32,322 nt of DNA from NCBI GenBank assembly GCA_041500865.1, contig JBGQMY010000012.1:1-32322 (forward strand), in the 5' to 3' direction. Of the stretch, positions 8,143-17,407 are shown piece after piece (the stretch's first letter is position 1; every line of letters starts with the position of its first letter). The notes below the pieces were generated by a model that was given only the letters and a program-made list of their open reading frames with translations, did no database searches and was not told where the DNA came from. The translations under genes and the position numbers were made by a program. The DNA is from Candidatus Micrarchaeia archaeon. GTDB lineage: Archaea > Micrarchaeota > Micrarchaeia > Anstonellales > J096.

Positions 8143-10968
8143 TCACAGGACCTTAATCCCTATCTTTACGGTTTTCTCCCCTATCTTCCATTCCTTGCCG
8201 TCTTCGGCCTTTTCGGTTGCGACGGTCTTGGAGTTCGTCTTCTCCCTTATCCTTTCAAGGAACTTCGCCGCCGCGGCCTTGATTTCCTCGTCGCCCTCTA
8301 TCTCAGTGGATATCTCCTGCTTCTCGACGAGCTTGAGCTCCTTCCTCATCTGCTGTATCCTTCTCATGAGCTCGTTGGCAAGGCCCTCCGCCTTTAGCGC
8401 GGGGTCAACCTCCTTAGGAAGCTGCACAGTCCCGTACGGCGTCTGCTCCGAGGCATAATCCGCATTTGCCTCATGCGCAAGCTCAATCTCCTTGACATTG
8501 GCCATCCTCTTGACTATCCCGGCCAAATATTTCATGGAGTTGGCCGTCTTTTCGTCATGCCCCGTAACCACGATTTTCGCAAGGGGCCACCTGACGTTTA
8601 TGCCGAGGCCGTTCCTCAGCTTCAGCGAGGCCGATATGACGGCTTTAGTTATTTCCATCGCCTCCTCAAGCGAGACGTCCACCTTTGAATGGTCGTCGTT
8701 GTCTATGAAGCACATGTGCACGCTCTCGGCCTTCTCCCTGTCCCTGAAGAACTCCTGGTATGCATGCTCAGCAACGAACGGCGATATGGGCGCCATCATC
8801 TTTACGATGTTGAAAAGGCTGTAATATATGGCGTGCAGCGCGGCGCCGCTGTTCTCGCCCTTGGATACCCTGTCTTTCGCAATCTTCATGTAGAACTGGC
8901 TCAAATCCTCAACAAGCAGGCGCCTCATCGCCTTGACAGCCTCGTTTATCCTCCTCTCAGTGAATGCAGTATGGTACTGCGACAGCGCGGTGTTCACCCT
9001 TGATATCATCCACCTGTCCTCTGGCTCAAGGCCCTCCACCTTCGCCTCGGCATATGCCATCTTCATGTATCTGGTAAGGTTGACCAGTATGTCCAAATCC
9101 GCATACGCGGACTTGACGCCGTCCCACGTGAACGTCAAATCCTCCCATATGGCGTTGGACAGCGCAAACAGCCGGAACGCGTCCGCCCCGTACCTTGTCC
9201 TTACCTCCTCGACAGGTATGAAGTTGCCCACGCTCTTGCTCATTTTCTCGCCCTTCTCGTCAAGGAAGAACCCGTGCATCATCAGGCACTTGTATGGCGA
9301 CCTTTCGTATCTCACGACGCCTGAGCCGAGCAGCGAATAGAACCATCCCCTTATCTGGTCATGGCCCTCTATTATGAGGTCGCCCACGTCCCCGTACCTC
9401 TTTTCGCCCTCTTCGCTGAGCGATGCCCAGACCGCGTTCCCGGAGTCAAACCAGACGTCCAAAACGTCCTTCACCCTTTCCATCCCTTCTCCGCATTCTT
9501 TGCATTTCAATTTGACTTCGTCAATGTACGGCCTGTGCAGCTCCTTGATCTCGATGCCAAGCCCCTTTTTGGAGCCTATTACCGCAATATGATTATTTTT
9601 ACATGTCCATATCGGAAGCGGTATCCCCCAGTATCTCTGCCTGGATATGCACCAGTCAGGCGCGCCATCCAGGAACAGCATGAACCTTTCCTTGGCTGAC
9701 TCAGGCACCCATTTGACTTTTTCCGCCTCTTCCTTCATCTTGGGCTTGAGCTCGGTTATGTTTATGAACCACTGGTCAGTCGTTATGTATATCAGGTTGG
9801 TCTTGCACCTCCAGCAGTGCGCGACCCTGTGGCTAATCTTTTCCCTCCCCACGAGCAGCCCCCTTTCATCCAGGGCCTTCATTATCTCCTCATTGGCCTT
9901 CTTTACGTGCTTGCCCTTGAAATGGCTTCCAGCCTCTTCGGTGTAGCAGCCGTCCCCGCCGACAGGGCAGTATATCTCTATGTCGTACTGCTTGCCGACC
10001 TGGAAGTCTTCCGGCCCGTGGCCAGGCGCCGTGTGCACAAGGCCCGTGCCTTCCTCCAGCGTCACGAACCTGTCATTCAATACAACTACCCTTTCATACT
10101 GCTTGCCAATGAGGTCCTGGAACGGGTGCTCGTAGCCCATGCCCTTCAGGTCCTTGCCTTTTAGCGTCTCCTTGACAACGAAATTCCTTTTCGTTGCCGC
10201 AGAAAGCGCCTCCAGCCTCTCCTCTGCGACTATCCAAACCTCGCCTTCAGTCTCCACTTTCACGTAGTCGTAGTCCGGATGCGCCATCACCGCCATGTTT
10301 GCGACCAGCGTCCACGGCGTCGTAGTCCATATTATCAGGTATTCCCTTTCCTTGCCCTTTGCCTTGAACTTGACGAATATGCTCGGGTCTTCCGCCTCGC
10401 CGTATTCCAGCTCGTAGTTTGCCAGCGTGGTCCCGCACCTGTAGCAGTACGGAAGCACGTATTTCCCGCGGTGCATAAGCCCCTTTTCGTGCGCCTTCTT
10501 GAGCGTGGACCAGGATTTCTCTATGTAGTCGTCCTTGTATGTTATGTAGGGGTTGTCCCAATCCATCCATACGCCAAACGACTTGAACTGGCCTTCCATC
10601 ACTCCGATGTACTTGTCGGCAAAGCCCCTGCACTCTGTTATGAACTTGCCTATGCCTATTTTCTCTATTTCGCCCTTGTGCTTTATGCCGAGCAGCTTTT
10701 CAACCTTGACCTCTATGGGCAGGCCGTGCGTGTCGAACCCAGGCTGGTCCCTGACGTCATATCCCCTGCCGCTGAGGTAGCGTATCATGCAGTCCTTTAT
10801 GCTTTTGTTCCATACAGTGCCTATATGTATCTCGCCGGTCGCGTAGGGCGGGCCGTCAACAAGGTAGAATTTTGGGCCCTCCTTCCTCATGTTCCGTGCC
10901 TTGCGGTATATGCCTTCCTTTTCCCAGAATGACGCTATGTCGTGCTCTACGCCCTTGAAGTCATACAT
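8143..10968 (-). CDS. ileS: Isoleucine--tRNA ligase
   Basis: DGPPYATGEIHIG, GFDTHGLPIE, WTTTPWTL, GTGLVHTAPGHG, DWCISRQRYWGIP, DQIRGWF, KMSKS. Confidence 0.97.
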   Translation of the reverse strand: MYDFKGVEHDIASFWEKEGIYRKARNMRKEGPKFYLVDGPPYATGEIHIGTVWNKSIKDCMIRYLSGRGYDVRDQPGFDTHGLPIEVKVEKLLGIKHKGEIEKIGIGKFITECRGFADKYIGVMEGQFKSFGVWMDWDNPYITYKDDYIEKSWSTLKKAHEKGLMHRGKYVLPYCYRCGTTLANYELEYGEAEDPSIFVKFKAKGKEREYLIIWTTTPWTLVANMAVMAHPDYDYVKVETEGEVWIVAEERLEALSAATKRNFVVKETLKGKDLKGMGYEHPFQDLIGKQYERVVVLNDRFVTLEEGTGLVHTAPGHGPEDFQVGKQYDIEIYCPVGGDGCYTEEAGSHFKGKHVKKANEEIMKALDERGLLVGREKISHRVAHCWRCKTNLIYITTDQWFINITELKPKMKEEAEKVKWVPESAKERFMLFLDGAPDWCISRQRYWGIPLPIWTCKNNHIAVIGSKKGLGIEIKELHRPYIDEVKLKCKECGEGMERVKDVLDVWFDSGNAVWASLSEEGEKRYGDVGDLIIEGHDQIRGWFYSLLGSGVVRYERSPYKCLMMHGFFLDEKGEKMSKSVGNFIPVEEVRTRYGADAFRLFALSNAIWEDLTFTWDGVKSAYADLDILVNLTRYMKMAYAEAKVEGLEPEDRWMISRVNTALSQYHTAFTERRINEAVKAMRRLLVEDLSQFYMKIAKDRVSKGENSGAALHAIYYSLFNIVKMMAPISPFVAEHAYQEFFRDREKAESVHMCFIDNDDHSKVDVSLEEAMEITKAVISASLKLRNGLGINVRWPLAKIVVTGHDEKTANSMKYLAGIVKRMANVKEIELAHEANADYASEQTPYGTVQLPKEVDPALKAEGLANELMRRIQQMRKELKLVEKQEISTEIEGDEEIKAAAAKFLERIREKTNSKTVATEKAEDGKEWKIGEKTVKIGIKVL

Positions 10969-10978
10969 GCCCCTGCAC

Positions 10979-11668
10979 CTAGAACACTTTCTCCCCTGTG
11001 TAGACCTTTATGCCGCTGGGCGTGACCTTGAACGGCACCAGCTCCCTCGAGTGGTCCGTGCCCCTCATCTTGAATATTTCCAGGGCCCTTATCCTCCTGT
11101 CTCCCTTGTCCAGGTTGTAGATGTTGAAGATGCCGTCCAGGATGTAATGCTCTATGCTGAACGTTATTTTCTCCTTCTCCGAGGTGTCCGCCTCCACCAG
11201 CACGAGGACCGTGCATTCCAGCTTCTTGAGCAGGTTGAACATCTCGACCATCGTCCTCCTGTAGTCGCTTTCCTTCTCGAACATCGCCTTCAGCATCGTG
11301 GATGAGTCTACGACTGCCCTTTCCACGTCGTTCTGCACTATCTTCCCCTCAAGCGCCTCAAGTATCGACTCAACAGTGAAATTCTCCGGCGTCTCAAAGA
11401 ACAGCTTCTTCTTCTTTATCAGGTCGTCAACGTCGGTGAACTGGCCAAACTGGTTTTTCATGTTCTCAATGATGTCTTCCGGGCTTTCCTCAAGCGTCAA
11501 ATAAAGGCCGTTCTGGCCCTCCTCCTTTGCCCCGTGGTAAAGGTACTCGAACGCGAGCGAGGTCTTTCCTGTGCCGGGGCCTCCGAAGACGGCTACATGC
11601 CTCTTCTTCGGTATTCCGCCGTTCAGCATCTCGTCAAGCCCGCTTATTCCCGTCTTTATTTTGTCCAT
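10979..11668 (-). CDS. KaiC/RAD55-family single-domain ATPase
   Basis: TGISGLDEML.GG, GGPGTGKT, LEE, VVDS, KMRGTDHS. Confidence 0.92.
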   Translation of the reverse strand: MDKIKTGISGLDEMLNGGIPKKRHVAVFGGPGTGKTSLAFEYLYHGAKEEGQNGLYLTLEESPEDIIENMKNQFGQFTDVDDLIKKKKLFFETPENFTVESILEALEGKIVQNDVERAVVDSSTMLKAMFEKESDYRRTMVEMFNLLKKLECTVLVLVEADTSEKEKITFSIEHYILDGIFNIYNLDKGDRRIRALEIFKMRGTDHSRELVPFKVTPSGIKVYTGEKVF

Positions 11669-11713
11669 ATCCAGGCACCTGATGGGGTTTCAGCCATAAA
11701 CGTTTTAAAGCCT

Positions 11714-11775
11714 CCTAGGGAAGGCCCATCTTAGGCTTCATCTCTCTTCGTTAGGCGCTGCGCCGCTATTTTTAA
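11714..11775 (+). repeat. Copy 1 of a ~63-bp element upstream of ankyrin genes
   Basis: About 80% identical to 12317-12379 by manual alignment, including an exact CTCTTCGTTAGGCGCTGCG; ends in the TTTTTAA TATA box. Confidence 0.85.
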
Positions 11776-11798
11776 TCCCTTTGACACATAATAAAGGC
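11769..11798 (+). promoter_or_regulatory. TATA promoter, probably leaderless
   Basis: TTTTTAA-N11-CATAA-N7-ATG. Confidence 0.7.
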
Positions 11799-12278
11799 AT
11801 GCAGGAAATGTCGCTTAAAATTAATACATGGGCGAAAAATCCAGCTAAACCAGAAATGAATGTCATAACATCAAGCAAAACACCGACATTACCCAATGCA
11901 TATCAGAAATGGCTCAATCATGAACTTACCAATGCTGCATGGTATGGCCGCAACGCGGAAATATCGCGGCTAATCAAACTCGGTGCCGATATCGCCGCAA
12001 CGGACAATGACGGCAAAACAGCCCTGAATAATGCCGCACGCTGGGGAAATATCCAAACATGTGCCTTGATTTTAATAGAATACGCAAAGGCATGCGGAGA
12101 TATAAAGAAACTCATCTCCGAAGAAAATATTTATGATAATCCTGCCTTGTACATCGTCTCAAAAAACAAATATACCCAAACTACATAGTTTCTCAAGTCC
12201 ATGGAATGGCTTGCTGACGCGACGGGAAATACGTTCATGAAGTCCTTCAACGAGTGCCTAAGCCCCTTTTCTTTGTGA
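11799..12278 (+). pseudogene. Ankyrin-repeat gene with in-frame TAG at 12186-12188
   Basis: LIKLGADIAATDNDGKTALNNAARWG. After the TAG the frame continues FLKSMEWLADATGNTFMKSFNECLSPFSL*, matching the C-termini of the two paralogs. The last repeat is degenerate. Confidence 0.82.
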
Positions 12279-12287
12279 AAGAAAAGG
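12265..12287. repeat. Perfect 10-bp inverted repeat at the end of the ankyrin pseudogene
   Basis: CCTTTTCTTT-GTG-AAAGAAAAGG. Confidence 0.75.
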
Positions 12288-12316
12288 CACTTGGGTTCAA
12301 AAAGTCCCTTTCTTTC

Positions 12317-12379
12317 CCTAGGTGAAGTCTCCTCTGAGGCCTCACTCCTCTTCGTTAGGCGCTGCGGCGCTGTTTATAA
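12317..12379 (+). repeat. Copy 2 of the ~63-bp element upstream of ankyrin genes
   Basis: Aligns to 11714-11775; imperfect hairpin GTGAAGTCTC-CTCT-GAGGCCTCAC. Confidence 0.85.
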
Positions 12380-12384
12380 CACCT

Positions 12385-12409
12385 TGGAGCTTTTTGGGAA
12401 AAAGCTCCA
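12385..12409. repeat. Perfect 11-bp inverted repeat
   Basis: TGGAGCTTTTT-GGG-AAAAAGCTCCA. Confidence 0.8.
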
Positions 12410-12448
12410 GCAAAAACGTTTTGACGCTCAGCCCCCTCTTCGGATGAC

Positions 12449-12478
12449 TTTTTAATCTCTTTTATGTATAATAAGCGC
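12449..12478 (+). promoter_or_regulatory. TATA promoter, probably leaderless
   Basis: TTTTTAA-N11-TATAA-N7-ATG. Confidence 0.7.
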
Positions 12479-13063
12479 ATGCAGAAAAGGGAGCTTCAGA
12501 AGAATGCGCAGGCAAAGGCGCCAGCTAATCTCAAAGCTGATATCATAAAGAGCAAGCAAAGGGCATTATCCAAAGAAGAGCAGATGAGGCTCAATAAAAT
12601 GCTGTGGGATGCCGCTGAAAAAGGCAAAACAAAACGAGTGGAAAGATTGCTGAAGGCTGGCGCAAACGTATGGGCAATAAGGGGCGCGATGAATGCGCTT
12701 ATGCTTGCCGCACAGAACGGACACACCGAAACCTGCGCATTATTGCTTGAAAAAGGCGCAGTTCTCCGCCCATATGGCAGCTTGCGCAATGCTCTCCATT
12801 ATGCCGCAGAAGACGGACACACCGGAACCTGCGCTTTCTTAATCGGAAAAGGCGCAAACATTATGGAAAAAGACAAGCTTGATAGAACCGCGTTAATGCA
12901 TGCCGAAAAGAACGGACACATCCAAACAGCAAAATTCCTCAAATCAATTGAATTGCTTGCGCCTATGCTTAGTGGAAAGCCAGCCATCTCTTTGATAGAT
13001 CTTCTTAGTGGGGATATGGCTATCTCTTTCATGACATCTTTCGGCGAGTGCCTTTCCATTTAG
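12479..13063 (+). CDS. Ankyrin-repeat protein
   Basis: ALMLAAQNGHTETCALLLEKGA, ALHYAAEDGH, TALMHAEKNGH; C-terminal FMTSFGECLSI. Confidence 0.93.
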   Translation: MQKRELQKNAQAKAPANLKADIIKSKQRALSKEEQMRLNKMLWDAAEKGKTKRVERLLKAGANVWAIRGAMNALMLAAQNGHTETCALLLEKGAVLRPYGSLRNALHYAAEDGHTGTCAFLIGKGANIMEKDKLDRTALMHAEKNGHIQTAKFLKSIELLAPMLSGKPAISLIDLLSGDMAISFMTSFGECLSI

Positions 13064-14838
13064 TTGATTTTCCGCCTGGACACTATCACGGTGCGGCCCT
13101 CTTTCCGGATGACGCTGAACCTCTCACCCCTTGGGTCCACAAGCTCGCACCCTTGCGCCATATCCGCCTTGTTTTCGCCTATCAGGTCGTTTTCCGAAAT
13201 CATCAGCTCTATGGTCCTTCTGCCGAACGGGATGAGCCCTATCTTCTGCGCCACATCCTTCGGAAGCTCAGGCGACCCTACAATCGCCGTAACGTTTCCA
13301 ACGGTTTCCCATTGCTGGGCGGCCATGACATTTGTCACGTTCGCGTACCCGTCCACTATCGTCGGATGGTCTGATGCCATTGACAATTCCGATGCCAGGA
13401 TTGCAGCTGGCCCGCTTTCGCTTATCTCCTTTACCCTTGCGTTGACCATATCCATCTCATCGTCGAAAATTACCCTTGGCGTCTCAACAGCAAACCCGTT
13501 GAAGTTTATCCTTGCCTTTTTCATCGTTTCCCTGTTTGCCATTGCAAACGGGATGACCGCCATTCCGCTTGCTTTTCTTTCCAGCTCTGTTTCGTCCTCT
13601 ATGTAAATCAGGTGCGGGTATTCCGTTCCGCTGAACCTTGACGGTATCCTCATCGGCTTCTTGCTTATTTCGCGGACCGGCTCAACCCTTACGCGGGCCA
13701 GGAACTCCTCGTCCACGGCTTCCCTCTCGACTCTGAATACCTTGTCCCCCTTTTTCAGGGTCTTCAGCATGATGCTGCAGTTTTCAGTGGCGGATTCCAC
13801 TTCCTTTCCTTCCTTGTACAGCCTGTATATCTCGGTAACCTTCTTTGAGCTTGTGCTCCTTATCAAGTCGCCTTTTGACAGTTTTGCGAGAAGCCTTATC
13901 TCCGCGCCTTCCTTTGAGATTGCAGTGACATTGCCTATCAAGGTCCCTGAAAACGAGCTTGCGTCCGGGTTCGTGAGCCTGCTGGCCTTTGCCTCGCCGA
14001 ACAGGTATCCTGTTGTGTATCCGCGCAGCGTCAGCTTTGACAAATCCACTGTCTCTCCGCCGTCAATCGCGTTCCTGTATGCTGAAACGACTGCCTTTAC
14101 GTATGACGGGCCTTTCAGCCTTCCCTCTATCTTTATGCACTTGATTCCCGCCTTTTGTATGTCAGAGACCCTTCCGGCTGTGCACATGTCCCTTGTGCTA
14201 GTCAGGTATCCCCTTGCCACGCATTTCCCGCCGCACCTCATCTTCCACGGAATCCTGCACAATTGCGCGCATGCGCCCCTGTTGCCGCTCCTTCCTGTCT
14301 GGATTAGGCTGAAATAGCATTTGCCGGAATATGAATAGCATTGCGCGCCATGGCAGAAGACTTCTGTGTCTATTCCTGAATTCTTGCCTATTGCCTCTGC
14401 CTGCTCAAGTGAAAGCTCCCTTGCCAGTATTGCCCTGGAAAATCCCATGTTTTTCAGGATTTTTGCGGTTTTTGAGTTGTGGGTTGACATCTGGGTGCTT
14501 GCATGCAGTTCAAAATCAGTCCCTATTTCCCTTGCGATAGTCGCAACCCCGAGGTCCTGGACAATCACCGCGTCTGCCCCGTACTCGTACAGGAACTTGA
14601 GGTATTCCTCGATTTGCCTTAGCTCGCTTTGGAATATGATTGTGTTGAGGGTTATGTATGCCTTTACTCCGCTGTCGTGGCAGTACCTGATGGCCTTTGC
14701 CAGCTCTTCGCGGGTGAAATTCCGTGCCCTCATCCTGGCATTCCAGGCCGAGCCCATGTATATGGCATTGGCCCCGGCCTCCACCGCCGCCTTGAGCGAA
14801 GATGGGCTTCCTGCAGGAGCCAGCAGTTCTATTGTCAT
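13060..14838 (-). CDS. Peptidase U32 family protein (RlhA/TrhP-like Fe-S protein)
   Basis: ELLAPAG, HASTQMS, LARELSL, CYSYSGKC..GNRGACAQLCR, KIEGR. Confidence 0.92.
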   Translation of the reverse strand: MTIELLAPAGSPSSLKAAVEAGANAIYMGSAWNARMRARNFTREELAKAIRYCHDSGVKAYITLNTIIFQSELRQIEEYLKFLYEYGADAVIVQDLGVATIAREIGTDFELHASTQMSTHNSKTAKILKNMGFSRAILARELSLEQAEAIGKNSGIDTEVFCHGAQCYSYSGKCYFSLIQTGRSGNRGACAQLCRIPWKMRCGGKCVARGYLTSTRDMCTAGRVSDIQKAGIKCIKIEGRLKGPSYVKAVVSAYRNAIDGGETVDLSKLTLRGYTTGYLFGEAKASRLTNPDASSFSGTLIGNVTAISKEGAEIRLLAKLSKGDLIRSTSSKKVTEIYRLYKEGKEVESATENCSIMLKTLKKGDKVFRVEREAVDEEFLARVRVEPVREISKKPMRIPSRFSGTEYPHLIYIEDETELERKASGMAVIPFAMANRETMKKARINFNGFAVETPRVIFDDEMDMVNARVKEISESGPAAILASELSMASDHPTIVDGYANVTNVMAAQQWETVGNVTAIVGSPELPKDVAQKIGLIPFGRRTIELMISENDLIGENKADMAQGCELVDPRGERFSVIRKEGRTVIVSRRKIN

Positions 14839-14870
14839 TGGTTATCAATGTCTATTATCAGATGAACAAT

Positions 14871-14922
14871 TTAAAAAGCCGGTCAACACGGTTTTTAACC
14901 TGTTGTGGCCATAAATAGAGGT
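14871..14922. promoter_or_regulatory. Back-to-back divergent TATA boxes for the U32 gene and the third ankyrin gene
   Basis: TTAAAAAGCCG...CGGTTTTTAA; on + strand TTTTTAA-N11-CATAA-N8-ATG. Confidence 0.65.
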
Positions 14923-15384
14923 ATGACTCAGCGGCAAATGCCACAACAATCCGACAAACCAAAACGCTGGGAGCGCACAAGGAAAGCGCTTGCGTCAGCC
15001 GCAAGGTCGCTAAAAAGGGTTTTTGTCGGGGACTGGCTTGACGAAAAGCTCAAATATGAGGCAATGAACGGCCACCTCACAGAAGCCGAAAGAAGGTCGA
15101 GGATTGATCGGCTGCTGAAGGCAGGCGCAAACATAAACGCAAGGTTCGTTTTTGGCCATACGGTCCTGGACAGGGCTGCGTTAATCGGCCTAACCCAAAC
15201 CTGCGCATACCTGATTGAAAAAGGCGCAGACATAAGCATGAAAAACGAATTTGGCGGCACTGCTGCCATACAAGCTGAAGAAAGTGGCAAAAGAGAAACG
15301 GCATCTTTCCTAAAATTAATGGAGAATATGGAAACAGGGCAAAGGATTTCCTTCCTTTCCAGTTTCCGCGAGTGCGTCCACTAA
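14923..15384 (+). CDS. Ankyrin-repeat protein
   Basis: LLKAGANINAR..GHTVLDRAALIGLTQTCAYLIEKGADI; C-terminal FLSSFRECVH. Confidence 0.9.
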   Translation: MTQRQMPQQSDKPKRWERTRKALASAARSLKRVFVGDWLDEKLKYEAMNGHLTEAERRSRIDRLLKAGANINARFVFGHTVLDRAALIGLTQTCAYLIEKGADISMKNEFGGTAAIQAEESGKRETASFLKLMENMETGQRISFLSSFRECVH

Positions 15385-15386
15385 AA

Positions 15387-15896
15387 TTACCACTTATTCT
15401 TGTGTATCCTTGCGGCCTCGTACCTGTCCTCCCTCGGCTTCCTTTCCGCGGGATGGCCAATCGGCATTATGGCGAACGGGACTACGGTTTCGGGCATGTT
15501 GAACATGTGCCTGAGCGCCTCCACCCTCTGCTCGTTCGGATAGACGCCCACCCACACAGAGCCGAGGCCCAGCGAATGGGACGCCAACAGCATGTTTTCC
15601 ATGCACGCCCCGCACTCCTCAGGCCAGTATCCCTTGTGCGTCTGCAGGTCCAAGTCGCAGCACACGAGTATCGCGGCCTGCGCCTCGCGGAGCATCTCCG
15701 CGTATTGGTGCACTTTCGGTATCCCATCAAGGATTTTCCTTTCGGTTATGAGCAGGAAATGCCAGGGCCTCTCGTTGCCAGCGGACGGCGCCTGCATTCC
15801 GGCCCGCAATATTATCTCAAGGTCGCTTTCCCTTATCTTCTCGGACGTGTATTTCCTGACGCTCCTGCGTGTCATGATGGTATTAATCGCTTCCAT
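15387..15896 (-). CDS. Nitroreductase family protein
   Basis: RRSVRKY, APSAGNERPWHF, ENMLLASHSLGLGSVW. Confidence 0.95.
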   Translation of the reverse strand: MEAINTIMTRRSVRKYTSEKIRESDLEIILRAGMQAPSAGNERPWHFLLITERKILDGIPKVHQYAEMLREAQAAILVCCDLDLQTHKGYWPEECGACMENMLLASHSLGLGSVWVGVYPNEQRVEALRHMFNMPETVVPFAIMPIGHPAERKPREDRYEAARIHKNKW

Positions 15897-16586
15897 CTAC
15901 ACCTGCCTCCGCATAATCCTGAGGTTCTCCCCCGTCTCCTTGTCAAAGGGGTTGAGCTCCATGTATTTCTCAAGGTCCGCGACCGCGCCGCGCAGGTCCC
16001 CAATCCTCTGCTTGGCGACTGCCCTGTTGTAATAGATTTCCATGTTCTCAGGGTCCAGCTTCTCTGCGGTGTCATACTCCTTCATTGCCTCGCCCATCAT
16101 GCCCAGGCTGATGCACGCATTGGCCTTGTTCATCCTGAACGCGGGGTTTTCAGGGTCTGCGGATATGGCGGCATTGAAGCTTTCCAAGGCCTTTTTGAAA
16201 TCGCCCTTTTCGGCATATATCGTGCCAATGCCGTTGTGCGCCATGCCGCTGTTGTCGCCAAGCCTTATGCACTCGCCGTAGTCGCTTGCCGCGCCGCCAT
16301 AATCCCCGGTTTTCTGCCTTGAGAAACCCCTGTTGTAATATGTGTCGGCATCCTTCTTGCCTATGTCTATCGCCTTTGTGAAGAACCCTGCTGCGCCGTC
16401 ATGGTCCCCTTCAGTCGCCAGCGCCAGCCCGCGGTAGTAGAATTCGCTTCTCATGGCAGCCAGGCGGGCTTCCTCCTGCTGCTTCGGGACCGGGCTTGGC
16501 ACGCCTGCTGTTTTGGTTGCCAGTTCCTGCTTCTGTGCTGGCTGCTTTGCTTCTTCCTTGGGCCCCTTGAGCAGTTCCTCAGCCAC
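15897..16586 (-). CDS. Tetratricopeptide-repeat protein
   Basis: About 5 TPR units (YYNRG, A..DY, YYNRA); low-complexity N-terminus; GTG start. Confidence 0.9.
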   Translation of the reverse strand: MAEELLKGPKEEAKQPAQKQELATKTAGVPSPVPKQQEEARLAAMRSEFYYRGLALATEGDHDGAAGFFTKAIDIGKKDADTYYNRGFSRQKTGDYGGAASDYGECIRLGDNSGMAHNGIGTIYAEKGDFKKALESFNAAISADPENPAFRMNKANACISLGMMGEAMKEYDTAEKLDPENMEIYYNRAVAKQRIGDLRGAVADLEKYMELNPFDKETGENLRIMRRQV

Positions 16587-16662
16587 GCCCTGTTATCGGT
16601 CAAGGAGTTTAAATAGCTTTCCAGGGCAACTTATTTATACCAGCGGCAGCAACAATCCGCCC

Positions 16663-17334
16663 ATGGAAAGGATGGAGAGCATGGACGCCCTGCGCGGCCT
16701 TGCCATAATCATCATGTTCTTTGACCACGTGCTGTTCTTCAGCCCAAACTCCTCCTTTGACCCATTCAGCCCAAGGTTCTTCACAAGGATAGCAGAGCCC
16801 ATCTTTGCGGTGCTTGTTGGCTACTTCCTGATTGGCAGGGAAGACAAGAGGCTGTTCTCCCGCCTTCTGGAGATACTGGCAGTCGCCTTTTTAGTCAACA
16901 TATTCTTTTACATGCTGCTTGGCAAGCTTGACATACTCATAAGCCTTGCGCTTTCCTACCTCGCATACTTCGCATTGAAGGACAAAATCGTTTTGCTGGT
17001 TCCTGCGTTCGTGCTGTTCAGCTTAGACCCCACAACACAGCTGCTGGACTATCCGCTGTCCCTTGTGCTTTCACAGGTTGCGCTTGGCGCAGCAATAAGG
17101 AAGGGATTGAGCCCGCTTTTGCTGTTCGCGTTCCTGCTTGCGCCGCTGTTCGTGCCTGCGCCGTATTCCTATACTGCGCTGTTTACCGTCGCGGCGGGGT
17201 GCCTTGTGCTGCTTGCGCAGAAATTCAAGGACATAAAGATGCCGGTTGCCTCGCAGATTGGCAAGAGGCCCCTCCTCTATTATATGGTCCAATACGTCCT
17301 GGCTGGCATCGTGGCAGTGCTGATATACAAGTAG
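16663..17334 (+). CDS. TraX/DUF1624-like membrane acyltransferase
   Basis: DALRGLAIIIMFFDH, TRIAEPIF, IGKRPLLYY; multiple TM segments; start moved to ATG 16663. Confidence 0.75.
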   Translation: MERMESMDALRGLAIIIMFFDHVLFFSPNSSFDPFSPRFFTRIAEPIFAVLVGYFLIGREDKRLFSRLLEILAVAFLVNIFFYMLLGKLDILISLALSYLAYFALKDKIVLLVPAFVLFSLDPTTQLLDYPLSLVLSQVALGAAIRKGLSPLLLFAFLLAPLFVPAPYSYTALFTVAAGCLVLLAQKFKDIKMPVASQIGKRPLLYYMVQYVLAGIVAVLIYK

Positions 17335-17407
17335 ACAAACGGGCCCGAGGCAGTGATGGACCTGCGGGTCCATTTGTCTCATGCCCTGCGCTGCAGGACG
17401 TGCGATA

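Noticed and set aside
12186..12188. Genome-wide TAG recoding or pyrrolysine
   Set aside because: TAG terminates normal-length genes here (KaiC-like, TYW1, archease), conserved genes have no internal TAG, and no pyl genes are seen.
11750..12360. Integron attC sites (GTTAGGC matches the GTTRRRY core)
   Set aside because: There is no matching RYYYAAC inverse core at a suitable distance and no integrase, and the genes carry their own promoters.
13049..13063. CaaX prenylation signal (CLSI) on ankyrin 2
   Set aside because: The paralogs place the Cys at other distances from the end (CVH*, CLSPFSL*), so CaaX spacing is not conserved.
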